A stretch of 61,890 nt of DNA from Candidatus Kerfeldbacteria bacterium (GCA_903825245.1 CAIJZX010000029.1:1-61890); one strand, 5' to 3'. Positions 9,342 through 18,729 are shown, numbered from the stretch's first letter. Translations and numbers: made by a program. The notes: a model not told the origin generated them from the sequence alone.

Positions 9342-9749
9342 TGTGTACTCCTTGGCTTCTCCACACAGGGTGTGGGAGCGTCTGTACTTCGGGATTTTCG
9401 GCCTACGGCACTGCGTGGAGTGAATTGTCTTTCACCCCCTTTCGCGTACGTACTTTGTGAAGGATGCTCTGTGTAAAGCTTACTTAGGCACTACGTGTTT
9501 GGGCACCTCCTTTTCGATTTGTAAAGAACGATGAACCGTTGGCTTGCACAGGTTTGCGATCGGTATTTCCAGTGTTCACCGGAAATTCGACAACACAAAA
9601 CCGGCCTGATGCAGGATGTTTTCCTACACCGCCATCGTTTGCCTCACCTTAGCGAAGAACAAAACGGTGGCACGACCTTCTCCCCAAGAGGAGAAGAGCA
9701 AGCCACCGATTCGTACTTCTAGGGTACTCTTTTTTTGGGGAAAGTCAAG
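9220..9749. repeat. Direct repeat copy 1: promoter, long leader and first ~40 codons of the lipoprotein
   Basis: Aligns by eye with 11533-12092. Near-identical over 9220-9355 and 9529-9715, diverged between. Confidence 0.95.
9529..9715 (-). ncRNA. Candidate structured leader RNA (multibranch core), copy 1
   Basis: Closing stem GAATCGGTGGCTTGC / GCAAGCCAACGGTTC encloses four hairpins. It begins just after a TTGACT-N16-TACCCT promoter (9721-9748). Confidence 0.65.
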
Positions 9750-9773
9750 GGGATAAACGGCATTGAAATGCAA

Positions 9774-10913
9774 CTATTTCACTATCGCTGCGCGAATGAT
9801 ATTATTTACTGAATCGACATATTGGTTCTGTACTTTCATCATAGAGGAAATCGTTCTTGTAGAAATCCAGCCGACCTCTTGAAGTGGCGGAATATCAAGG
9901 AGAAGCTTTGTGCCGTCGGGTGACCAGACTGATTGCCCAAGATTTATATTCTCGGTGAATGGCGTGGCGGACAAAGTCGTTTCGTGTTGTGTTACTAAGT
10001 CAAGTCGAGTAAATACTCCCGCCTCTTGGCCAGAAATTTTCTTTACATAGATAACCGATTTACCATCAGGGCTCGGCAAACTCACTGGGCCATCTGACCA
10101 CGTGGTAATAGGATAATCAGTTGTAGTTGCCGTTTCAAGATGGTAGCTGTGTAGCCCTTGACCATCGAGCCAAAGCAGAATTGATTGTTGACCGCTATCT
10201 GGTGTTGTGGAAATAGCACTGTTCATGTAGATAGCACTGGAAATATTTTCTTTTATTTCCGAAGCTTTCCCGTTATCCGATCTATACCACGTAACACCTT
10301 CGGTCATATTTCCAATGACATATACTAAATGCTGCAAGTCATCGCTTGACCAAATAAAAGTAAATCCGTTTTTTGATGCAGGTAATGTTGTGGCAACATC
10401 AAGCACTGTTTGAACCGTTTTACTGGAAATACTCAGTTCCACGACAGATGTGATAACTCCTTCCGTTCCATCACTCGTCGAACTATTCGGATCAATAAGT
10501 TCAACAACTAAACTATTTTCATTGGCAGTCCAAAATACACTTCGTATTTGTTGTGATGCTGGAGTTGTATACAGTAACGTCAGTGTTTGTTCTGGATACT
10601 GCAACAGATACAGGGAACGATTATCTGTTGTGAGAATCGCTTCTTGTTTTTTTGAAGGCGCAAGATATTGAAGCGTTTTCACGAAGGACAACTTGCTCGC
10701 CGGAATACGTGTATATGCAACCCCGGTAGCAGCATTAATACGGTAATCGTTAGTCAAGAGGTCGCAATTACAAAAAGTGTTCAGCGTCGAAATAGTAGCT
10801 TGGCTACCCTTCGGTTTAGGTTTGTTTTGTAAATTCACATAGAAACATCCTACACCCACGATGAGCATGATAATAACCACAGCTGCAAATATTTTAGTCG
10901 GATAATTTTTCAT
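9774..10913 (-). CDS. Membrane-anchored TolB/PD40-like beta-propeller protein
   Basis: Start moved to ATG 10913 (MKNYPTK), 6 nt after a TATACT -10 box. TM helix, then WTANE/WSSDD/PSPDG/WSPDG repeats. Confidence 0.7.
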   Translation of the reverse strand: MKNYPTKIFAAVVIIMLIVGVGCFYVNLQNKPKPKGSQATISTLNTFCNCDLLTNDYRINAATGVAYTRIPASKLSFVKTLQYLAPSKKQEAILTTDNRSLYLLQYPEQTLTLLYTTPASQQIRSVFWTANENSLVVELIDPNSSTSDGTEGVITSVVELSISSKTVQTVLDVATTLPASKNGFTFIWSSDDLQHLVYVIGNMTEGVTWYRSDNGKASEIKENISSAIYMNSAISTTPDSGQQSILLWLDGQGLHSYHLETATTTDYPITTWSDGPVSLPSPDGKSVIYVKKISGQEAGVFTRLDLVTQHETTLSATPFTENINLGQSVWSPDGTKLLLDIPPLQEVGWISTRTISSMMKVQNQYVDSVNNIIRAAIVK

Positions 10914-10951
10914 GTATAGAGTATAATAAAATTCTACAATATTGTCGAAAG

Positions 10952-10988
10952 AAAAAGTGCTGGGTGAAGCTTGAGCATCACCCAGCAT
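10952..10988 (-). terminator. Intrinsic terminator after lipoprotein 2
   Basis: Minus strand TGCTGGGTGA-tgctcaagct-TCACCCAGCA followed by CTTTTT. Confidence 0.75.
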
Positions 10989-11000
10989 GAACGAGGAGGC

Positions 11001-11654
11001 CTAACCGCCAATGACCTGGTAAATAGTGTAACTGCCGCCAGAAGTCGATTCGAATTTGGCGTAAGTCACATAGTGGATTTCCAAGCCACCGAGAAAGTCC
11101 ATATTGCAGTCAATGACGTAAACGCCATTTCCGTCATTGGACCAGATGATCATGGTGTGGGGCCAACTTCCCCAACTGGCCTGGACGATCTGTCCACGCT
11201 GAGCGCCGTTGATCGGCATACCAGCAGGACCATAGCCAGGAATGTTAACATACTGGCCAGCTGCCCATCTCGACCACGACGTACTCGCGGGTAGGGAGGC
11301 GACGTTACGAGAAGCAACGAGAACAACGTGCTGTGCCCAGGTCTTGCAATTGTATCCGGACGGACGAGAAAGCTTGTTGAGTCCGCCGCCAAGCGCAACC
11401 ATTTCGGTATTTGCTTCCTGGCAAATCGCTTCGTTTCTCTGCGCCTGGGTAAGGCTCCGCCACCACTGCTGATTCGCAACAGTACCGCCGAAATTACCTG
11501 CCCCCGGCTTCTGAACGCCAGAAACGCTGGAATCCGTAACTGCCTGGACGTCCGTTGCCGTCGGCTCAGTCATCTTGTTCACTTTCGAACAAGCGCCGAG
11601 AGACATGGCCAGCATCATCATTGCTACGAGACACTTCACCTGATTCGCCTTCAT
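11001..11654 (-). CDS. Lipoprotein with CHAP/NlpC-P60-like cysteine hydrolase domain (paralog with divergent C-terminus)
   Basis: Start at ATG 11654; first ~40 aa identical to 8619..9341. Motifs GYNCKTWA / WPHTMII / VIDCN. Confidence 0.7.
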   Translation of the reverse strand: MKANQVKCLVAMMMLAMSLGACSKVNKMTEPTATDVQAVTDSSVSGVQKPGAGNFGGTVANQQWWRSLTQAQRNEAICQEANTEMVALGGGLNKLSRPSGYNCKTWAQHVVLVASRNVASLPASTSWSRWAAGQYVNIPGYGPAGMPINGAQRGQIVQASWGSWPHTMIIWSNDGNGVYVIDCNMDFLGGLEIHYVTYAKFESTSGGSYTIYQVIGG

Positions 11655-12092
11655 TGTGTACTCCTTGGGCTTCTCCACGCGGTGCGTGGGAGCGTCTGTA
11701 CTGCAGGATTTGCAGCCAATCGGCACTGCGTGGAGTGAATACTTATTCACCTCCCTTCGCGTGCGTATAACGTGAAGGATGCTATGGGATTAAGCATTTT
11801 CAGGTACTACGTGGTTGAACACCTCCTTATGATTGTCACGTAAATCTTTCGCCACGTGGCACTGTAATGAGCGATGAACCGTTGGCTTGCACAGGTTTGC
11901 GATCGGTATTTCCAGTGTTCACCGGAAATTCGACAACACAAAACCGGCCTGATGCAGGATGTTTTCCTACACCGCCATCGTTTGCTTCACCTTGGGTAAA
12001 ATCAAAACGGTGGCACGACCTTCTCCACAGAGGAAGAAGAGCAAGCCACCGATTCGTAACTACAGGATACTCCTTCGGAGGAAAATGTCAAG
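11533..12092. repeat. Direct repeat copy 2
   Basis: Matches 9220-9749; promoter TTGACA-N16-TATCCT at 12064-12091 (minus strand). Confidence 0.95.
11872..12058 (-). ncRNA. Candidate structured leader RNA, copy 2
   Basis: Same fold as 9529-9715; differences are limited to two hairpin tips and preserve pairing. Confidence 0.65.
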
Positions 12093-12120
12093 AACAAACA
12101 GAAGAAAAACGCGTCGCTGA

Positions 12121-12303
12121 TTAGGCTACGCGTTGGCCGGAGAATTCCGGAACGAGCTCGAGGATACTGACGTCTGGTGGTGTCGGCATCAGTCGCACGA
12201 CCTCACCGCCAGATTCGCCTGACACATGCTCGTAGACAAGAACTGTTGTTGCTTTGGTCATCTTGTGGACGAGCGTACTGTTTTCGTACCACACGCACCA
12301 CAT
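12121..12303 (-). CDS. Small hypothetical protein
   Basis: 60-aa ORF with GGAGG 5 nt before the ATG, directly after murF. Confidence 0.4.
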   Translation of the reverse strand: MWCVWYENSTLVHKMTKATTVLVYEHVSGESGGEVVRLMPTPPDVSILELVPEFSGQRVA

Positions 12304-12321
12304 GGCGCCTCCGACGGTCAG

Positions 12322-13587
12322 TTAGTGTCCATGGACAAGGAACAGTATATCGCGTTCTGGATTATCGAGTAAGATGGCAACTGCTTTTTCCAATTGGGAA
12401 GCGAAACGCGAGCCTTTCAACAACACGGCCACGCCCGGCGCCAGCATCGGCTGCACCACGGCTGCCGCCGCTTCAGCGTTTGTCACATTCGTGATTCGAT
12501 CGGTCGGCATACCCGATGCCGCGGCGGCTTTCCCGATCCGATCGGCTAACGGCCCAACGGTCACTAGGTAGTCAATGCGAAGTTGCGCGACTTCGTGTCC
12601 GATCCGGTCGTGCCATTCAGCAGCCATCGCACCCAGTTCGGACATTTGGCCGAGGACCGCGATACGTTGTCCAGGAATCGCCAATTCATGTAAAGAATGT
12701 ACGGCGGCCATAACCGCTTCGGGTGAGGCATTATACGTATCGTCAATAATGAGCGACCGATCCCGGCCGTGGAATAACCGCATCCGACCCGGCGGCGGCG
12801 TATAGGCGCTTAATCGTTGGATAATGGACATCACGTCGTCACCCAAAGCGCGGCCAACAGCAATCGCCGCCAGCAGCGGATAGACTTGGTGACGGCCGAG
12901 TACACCGGGCAAAGCGATCGGGATCGTACTTCCGTCGACCGATATTTTAACGACCATGCCATCAGGTAGTGCATGATCATCATTCGTGAGGCTATATGAT
13001 ACCGCGCGAATCATCGCTGTCGATGACCATCCATACGATATTACCTTGACCAACGGCGTCATCGGCATATCAGCAATCCGAGTATCATCAATATTGATTA
13101 CCGCAAATCCTTGGGGCGGTAGCCGCCGAACGACAAGCGATTCTTCTTCAACCACCGTCGCTTCATCACCAAAAAATTCTAAATGCTCCGGCGCGGCTGA
13201 GGTTAAAACGCCAATCGTCGGTCGCAGGAGGCTGAGCAACGGATCGAGATCGCCAGGATGGTCGGCCGCGAGCTCAAGTACGAGCACTGGCGGATATCGT
13301 CGATTCGATATTGCCTGCCAGACGCCGCGCCACAACAATGACAACCATTGACTCATTCCTTTTGGCGCGCCACCGGCACTCATAATAGTGGCCGGAACAC
13401 CAATCTCGGCATTAAAATTTCCTTCGGTTTTTCGGACGCTTCGAGCGACGCCGGCTAGTCCAGCAGCAATCGCATCTTTCGTCGCCGTCTTTCCCACTGA
13501 TCCGGCCACGGCTATCACGATCGGATGTGCTCGATATAGGATGATCCGAGCGAGAAACCGAAAGACGGATCGTACGAACCGTTTCAT
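12322..13587 (-). CDS. murF: UDP-N-acetylmuramoyl-tripeptide--D-Ala-D-Ala ligase
   Basis: AVAGSVGKT, NFNAEIGVP, IIDDTYNASP, VLGQMSELG, LLKGSR; dcw context. Confidence 0.88.
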   Translation of the reverse strand: MKRFVRSVFRFLARIILYRAHPIVIAVAGSVGKTATKDAIAAGLAGVARSVRKTEGNFNAEIGVPATIMSAGGAPKGMSQWLSLLWRGVWQAISNRRYPPVLVLELAADHPGDLDPLLSLLRPTIGVLTSAAPEHLEFFGDEATVVEEESLVVRRLPPQGFAVINIDDTRIADMPMTPLVKVISYGWSSTAMIRAVSYSLTNDDHALPDGMVVKISVDGSTIPIALPGVLGRHQVYPLLAAIAVGRALGDDVMSIIQRLSAYTPPPGRMRLFHGRDRSLIIDDTYNASPEAVMAAVHSLHELAIPGQRIAVLGQMSELGAMAAEWHDRIGHEVAQLRIDYLVTVGPLADRIGKAAAASGMPTDRITNVTNAEAAAAVVQPMLAPGVAVLLKGSRFASQLEKAVAILLDNPERDILFLVHGH

Positions 13588-15335
13588 TATTTCGTTGTTA
13601 TTGGACGAGTCGGCTGAATATGATCATATAACATTAAAAATTTCGCGAGCGAGCCAAACAGCGGTGCCGCCGAGCTTTCAGCAAATTGCACATCACGCGG
13701 ATGCAGAAGTTGCACTACCATCACAAATTGTGGATCCTCAACCGGGGCAAATCCGGCGAAAGTGCCGTTCGTCGCACCGACCATGTACTTACCGGTGGTG
13801 AGATCTGGAATTTGTGCGGTACCTGTTTTTCCGGCCACGTAGTAACCGGGTACAGCCGCTTTTTTCCCATGACCATTCTCAACAACATCCACCAACATTC
13901 CCGAAATGGTAGCAGCTGTTTCTGCCGAAATAACTTGGCGCACAACCTTCGGCTGTGTTACTACTTCTGTGCCGTCCGGTTTCTGTACTTTCGCCACAAT
14001 ATACGGTTGCATAAGCTTACCGCCATTCGCCATCACACCGTAGGCTGCCGCCAATTGTAATGGCGTGACCGTTAGCCCTTGACCGAACGCTCCAGTATCA
14101 GCATAAATATCTTTCTTGCTGGCCACGCCGCTAATGTTCCCGCTCGATTCATCGAGATCAATATTTGTCGGCGATCCGAAACCAAAAGCTTTCACGTATT
14201 GCGAAAATTTATCAGCACCGATTTGACTCATGGCATAAATTGCTCCAGTGTTCAGCGACTCATCAAGAACTTGTTTCATGGTTTGTACGCCATGCGCTTT
14301 TTCATCGGAGTTCTTAATGGTGAAGCTGCCAACTTTTACTTCGCCGGTATCCGTGTAGGTCGAGTCCGGCGTCACTTTACCCTCATTGAGCGCGGCGGAC
14401 ATAGTGAAGGCTTTGAACACCGATCCTGGTTCATATGGAACTTGGGTAGCGGCATTAGCAAACACTTTGGCGTCGGTCACTTGATTGAAATTGTTCGGAT
14501 CGTAATTCGGCGCACCGCACATCGCAATGATCGCCCCCGTCTTCGGATCCATAATCACCAGACTCCCACCATCGGCGCCGTGCTTTTGGACGGCATCATC
14601 TAACTGTTGGCAGGCTTCGAACTGAACCGTGCGATCAATCGTTAATAGTAAATTCGATCCGTCGATCGCTGGTTGCCACGATTGTGTCGCCGTAGCGATC
14701 AGCTGACCGGAGGCATCCTTTTGCGCATTGATATATCCTTGCTGACCAGCCAATTCTTTTTGGTACCAGCCTTCTAAACCATACCGGCCGACTTTAAGGT
14801 TTTGCGCGTTGTATCCGACGAACCCTAAAATTTGCGAGCCAAGGTTTTTATCCGGGTAATAGCGCGTCGGTTCATCACTGAACGCCACCCCGGTGATTTT
14901 CAGCGCCGCAATCGCTGTCTGCTGATCATCGGTCATGCTGTGCTGAATCGGTTCATAGAGATCATTCGCCTTGCTCAACCGCTTCAGCAATTCGTCTTTG
15001 GGCATCGTCACCAATGGCGCTAGCGCTTCCGATGCTGCGATCGGATCAGTAATTTGTTTCGGTACGACGTAGAGCAAGTGCAGGGTTTTATTTGTGGCTA
15101 ATGGATAGACGCCCGTCGATGATTGCGGATCAGAAACGAGAATCTGCCCCCGCGTCGGCAGAAGCTTCTCATTTAATTGATGGATATCCGCAGCCAGGGC
15201 TGTATAAAAACCGTGCTGCAGTACTTGCAGAGTAAATAATCGTAAGCCAAGCAATAAGGCAAAGACCACAAAAAAACCAATCACGATGCTCTCACGATTG
15301 ATCCGTCGATTTCCCGTTCCCCGGCGTTGGGCCAT
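13587..15335 (-). CDS. ftsI: Class B penicillin-binding protein (FtsI/PBP2-type transpeptidase)
   Basis: N-terminal TM, PTRGQI, YEPGSVFK (SxxK), ESLN (SxN), AGKTGTAQ. Confidence 0.9.
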   Translation of the reverse strand: MAQRRGTGNRRINRESIVIGFFVVFALLLGLRLFTLQVLQHGFYTALAADIHQLNEKLLPTRGQILVSDPQSSTGVYPLATNKTLHLLYVVPKQITDPIAASEALAPLVTMPKDELLKRLSKANDLYEPIQHSMTDDQQTAIAALKITGVAFSDEPTRYYPDKNLGSQILGFVGYNAQNLKVGRYGLEGWYQKELAGQQGYINAQKDASGQLIATATQSWQPAIDGSNLLLTIDRTVQFEACQQLDDAVQKHGADGGSLVIMDPKTGAIIAMCGAPNYDPNNFNQVTDAKVFANAATQVPYEPGSVFKAFTMSAALNEGKVTPDSTYTDTGEVKVGSFTIKNSDEKAHGVQTMKQVLDESLNTGAIYAMSQIGADKFSQYVKAFGFGSPTNIDLDESSGNISGVASKKDIYADTGAFGQGLTVTPLQLAAAYGVMANGGKLMQPYIVAKVQKPDGTEVVTQPKVVRQVISAETAATISGMLVDVVENGHGKKAAVPGYYVAGKTGTAQIPDLTTGKYMVGATNGTFAGFAPVEDPQFVMVVQLLHPRDVQFAESSAAPLFGSLAKFLMLYDHIQPTRPITTK

Positions 15336-15351
15336 CGATGTCAGAGTTTCA

Positions 15352-15699
15352 TTAACGAGCTGCCACCGCGCCGCCAGTCGGAGCCAAATATTGGAATGTA
15401 TCGGCCGACACCATGCCCAGTTGTGTACTCGACGCCTGCACCGCTGCGAGTGCCTGCAAATCGGCGGATTTCAATTCCAGTTTCTGATTATCGGCTTGCG
15501 TCTTGGCGATTTGCTGCTGTAGACCTTTAATGGCAAAACCTTCCTGCGCCGTCTGGTTGGTCATAAAGACATAACCAAAGCCCGTAGCCACTGCACCAAT
15601 CGATACCAGGATGGCAAACTTCTGGGTGGAGAGTTTCAAGGCATGCCACCAATGATGTTCGGGAGACAGTATTTCGCGGGAGTTGAGTTTACGAGCCAT
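15352..15699 (-). CDS. ftsL: FtsL-like cell division protein
   Basis: Single TM plus coiled coil, located between rsmH and ftsI. Confidence 0.6.
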   Translation of the reverse strand: MARKLNSREILSPEHHWWHALKLSTQKFAILVSIGAVATGFGYVFMTNQTAQEGFAIKGLQQQIAKTQADNQKLELKSADLQALAAVQASSTQLGMVSADTFQYLAPTGGAVAAR

Positions 15700-15720
15700 A
15701 CGTTTGTATTAGTTGTTTGT

Positions 15721-16611
15721 TTATATCTTCGTAAGAATTCTGAGTTTTGCGCTTCGCGATCGCGGATTAGCAAGTTGTTCTTGTCGTGTTGGCGCGATAA
15801 CGTGTTTGGTATTAATCGTTACATCGGCGTCGGGTAGTGACTTCATCCAGCGCTTGACGATGCGATCCTCACCGGAGTGAAAGGTAATGACTGCGAGTCG
15901 ACCGCCGTTGGCTAACAGTCGTAGTGCCGCCGGCAAAGCCGTGGTAATTGCGCCGTACTCATCGTTAACCGCAATCCGTAACGCTTGGAAAACATTCGTG
16001 GCCGGATGAATTCGACCGCGCCGATGTTTCACTGTTTCAATCGCCGTCACCAGTTGTAACGTCGTAGAGAACGGTTGGCTGCGGCGCTCATCAATAATTC
16101 TTTGGGCAATGCGTTCCGCTACCGGCTCCTCACCATATTCTCGAAAGAGTTGGACGAGTTGCAATGCGGAATACTCATTCACGATATCGGCCGCGGTTGT
16201 CGTCTGCGCACTTTGATCAAACCGCATATCAAGCGGACCGTCAGCTTGAAAGGAGAATCCTCGTGTCGGATCGCCGATCGTCATGGACGACACGCCGAGG
16301 TCGAACAATATTCCTTGAACATTCGAAATATTGTTTGCTTTAGCCAACTCTTCCAAGTTACGGAAGTTTCCATGCAGAGGAATGAATCGCTGGCCGAAGG
16401 AATTCAGCGTGCCCTTCGTTTCCTGCAGTGTGCGTTCATCCGCTTCAATGCCGTAGAGCTTTCCGTTTGGAGCACACACTTCAAGCATCGCCTTCGCATG
16501 ACCGCCGCCACCGAGCGTGGCATCAATCACATTGTCATTTGCTGTAAGGTGCAACCCGACAAGAACTTCTGAGAGAAGAACCGGAACGTGATCCGGCATA
16601 GCGTTAGGCAT
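15721..16611 (-). CDS. rsmH: 16S rRNA m4C1402 methyltransferase
   Basis: HVPVLL, DATLGGGGH, DLGVSS, GPLDMR, ITFHSGEDRIVK, NPRSRSAKLR. Confidence 0.96.
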   Translation of the reverse strand: MPNAMPDHVPVLLSEVLVGLHLTANDNVIDATLGGGGHAKAMLEVCAPNGKLYGIEADERTLQETKGTLNSFGQRFIPLHGNFRNLEELAKANNISNVQGILFDLGVSSMTIGDPTRGFSFQADGPLDMRFDQSAQTTTAADIVNEYSALQLVQLFREYGEEPVAERIAQRIIDERRSQPFSTTLQLVTAIETVKHRRGRIHPATNVFQALRIAVNDEYGAITTALPAALRLLANGGRLAVITFHSGEDRIVKRWMKSLPDADVTINTKHVIAPTRQEQLANPRSRSAKLRILTKI

Positions 16612-17043
16612 TTAGACGCCGAGCTCGCCAAGAGCTTCAGCGATATCCCCGCTCTGCCGTTCCGCCCCGCTCCGGTACCTCTCCCAAGTGTCTTTGTCCC
16701 AAAGTTCTAAACGATTGTAGAGACCGGCGACCACCACGACTTTCTTCAAATTGGCATACGTCCGCAAATATTCCGGCACATTCCCCCGCCCCTGGCCATC
16801 GATATCGAGTTCCATCGCCCCGGCCAGCATCAATCGGGCAAAGGCGCGCGAGTTCGCTTTGGCAATCGGTAATTTGGATAACTTTTCCGCCATCACGAGC
16901 CACTCTTTCTTGGTGTAAATAAACAAACAACGGTCGAGTCCACGCGTCACCACTGCACCGGCTTTCAAATCAGCGCGAAACTTGACCGGAATCTGAACGC
17001 GGCCTTTTTCGTCGAGTGAGTGATGATATTCTCCGATAAACAT
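16612..17043 (-). CDS. mraZ: Transcriptional regulator MraZ
   Basis: MFIGEYHHSLDEKGRVQIP, DGQGR, RLELWD. Confidence 0.96.
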   Translation of the reverse strand: MFIGEYHHSLDEKGRVQIPVKFRADLKAGAVVTRGLDRCLFIYTKKEWLVMAEKLSKLPIAKANSRAFARLMLAGAMELDIDGQGRGNVPEYLRTYANLKKVVVVAGLYNRLELWDKDTWERYRSGAERQSGDIAEALGELGV

Positions 17044-17076
17044 GAACGTGGTGATTTATGCACTTTTTTGGCAGGC

Positions 17077-17170
17077 TGTGGATAATCCCCACTTTTTCCC
17101 ACCTACACCCATTTTACACCACAATTGGACAAGCGTCAACACAATGTTCCACGAGGAACACGGTGGATAA
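17077..17170 (-). promoter_or_regulatory. mraZ promoter with four MraZ boxes, two DnaA boxes and a parS-like palindrome
   Basis: TTGACG(17134-39)-N17-TAAAAT(17111-16). (G/A)TGG repeats begin (minus strand) at 17122, 17112, 17102 and 17092, a 10-bp period. TGTGGATAA 17077-85, GGTGGATAA 17162-70, TGTTCCACGAGGAACA 17145-60. Confidence 0.8.
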
Positions 17171-17329
17171 CTCGACCATTTTCAGGCTGAATTGTCCATA
17201 TGGGGTCGTAAAACCCCATGCCGTGATCCCGATAGCGTAAACGCATCGAGACTTCCTCCATTCCCCTCAATAAGGGGAAAGGTATAAGAAAAACTCCATG
17301 CTGTTCTGCATGGAGGTATTTGATATATT

Positions 17330-17806
17330 TCAGCTGACGCGATGAGCTGACGCAGTTAGGAGATTGCCGTCCGTATCGTACGTGACGTCCGCGGTAAATT
17401 CTTCACCGCGTTGAACATACCCGATCCACGAACGATTATCCTCCATCATCTGGCTAATGGTTGCATCGTTGATATCGTACCAACCGACGCGCTCAAGCTT
17501 CTCGATACTCTGCGGCTCACTGTTGTAGTCCATCGCTCGATAGACGCAGAGTTCAATCGTCGGTCCATCAACGTGCGTGATGTGAATGATTCCGAGCGGT
17601 TTTTCATCGAGTACAGGGATGACACTCGTCTCCTCGCGAGTTTCGCGCACCGCACAGTCTTTCGGGGTTTCGTTCAACTGCGCACGACCACCAGGCGGTT
17701 TCAGCTTGCCGGCACAAAACGGCGCCGAGAGCGGTTGATAGCCGAGGACGACTTTTCCATCGGATCGAAAGACGTACACAACGGTTTGTATCTTTGATAT
17801 ACTCAT
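17330..17806 (-). CDS. NUDIX hydrolase (MutT/MTH1-like)
   Basis: Nudix box PGGRAQLNETPKDCAVRETREETS. Confidence 0.85.
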   Translation of the reverse strand: MSISKIQTVVYVFRSDGKVVLGYQPLSAPFCAGKLKPPGGRAQLNETPKDCAVRETREETSVIPVLDEKPLGIIHITHVDGPTIELCVYRAMDYNSEPQSIEKLERVGWYDINDATISQMMEDNRSWIGYVQRGEEFTADVTYDTDGNLLTASAHRVS

Positions 17807-17955
17807 GGATTTCTCTCCTGAGGCAATGAGCGAAACGAAAGTTATTTGCCACTAGACTACGGCGATTGAAATCACTTGTCAACAGTATTTCGGGTGAATT
17901 GTAGGAATGAAAATATCGGCTCGGAATTTCTCCGAGCCTTCGCGCCTTTTCTCTG

Positions 17956-18729
17956 TTAAACCCCTGCTAGCTCTGCTTCCTGCTCCGGAACAGGCAATAG
18001 TGAAAGTTCAACCCGACCTTCTTGAGCAGCGATATATTTCTCCAGTTGTTCTTGTGTTGTTCGATCCAATTCACCGACCGCAATAATTTTAAGCGGATTG
18101 TCTGCCGTAAATTCTCCTAATCCGTGAGACCCGGAAGCTATGTCAACGGCTAACCGTATGTCGTTCAAAATATCTGCAACCGCTGCGGACTCGGTCGATA
18201 CGACAAAACCTTTCGGCAATTCTCTATTCTTCAATGGCTTGATATCGCCGACGTAAATAGCTGAGGCATCATGTAGCTCGGGAGGTCGTGACATTTTTTC
18301 TGGTGAAATAAATCGATACTCAGCTCCGACATCCGCGGCCAGTTCCTTTGACCATGTAGCAGCATACCGATCAATGGTTTCCTGAGAAACATCGTGTTCG
18401 TTCGGATGATCCCGCCGGTAGGCAATTCCTGCTGCTCCACAATTTGCATGGGCGGTAATTTCTGATACCCCACGTTTCCGTAGTTTACTGACGAGTGTCG
18501 CTCGATCTTCACCGGCCATAATATATGAACCAGCATTGCGGTCCCCTTTCATACCCTCCGGAATATCGATACCGTCGTCCATACAGGCCACACAAATCTT
18601 CGGACCTTGTTCAAAAACAGGTCCGAGTTCTTCAGGAGTAAATGCTAATAATGGCTTTTTTTGTTGTTCGCTAAACCGGCTTGCTTCACGTTCCATTTCA
18701 CTGCCTTCAGTTTCGTGGGTAAATGACAT
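17956..18729 (-). CDS. Hypothetical protein with a beta-carbonic-anhydrase-like Zn site
   Basis: CxD (ACMDDG) and HxxC (AHANCGAA) motifs with appropriate spacing. Confidence 0.55.
   Translation of the reverse strand: MSFTHETEGSEMEREASRFSEQQKKPLLAFTPEELGPVFEQGPKICVACMDDGIDIPEGMKGDRNAGSYIMAGEDRATLVSKLRKRGVSEITAHANCGAAGIAYRRDHPNEHDVSQETIDRYAATWSKELAADVGAEYRFISPEKMSRPPELHDASAIYVGDIKPLKNRELPKGFVVSTESAAVADILNDIRLAVDIASGSHGLGEFTADNPLKIIAVGELDRTTQEQLEKYIAAQEGRVELSLLPVPEQEAELAGV

Noticed and set aside
8604-9476. 290-aa + strand ORF and similar + strand ORFs at 10971-11770
   Set aside because: Antisense to lipoprotein genes that have an SD, lipobox and catalytic motifs.
9529-9715. Retron msr/msd or DGR interpretation of the repeat
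   Set aside because: The terminal inverted repeat and long hairpin are superficially retron-like, but there is no reverse transcriptase in the window and differences between copies are not adenine-specific.
11655-11750. N-terminal extension of the 249-aa ORF
   Set aside because: Not in frame in the paralogous copy; the SD and signal peptide indicate ATG 11654.
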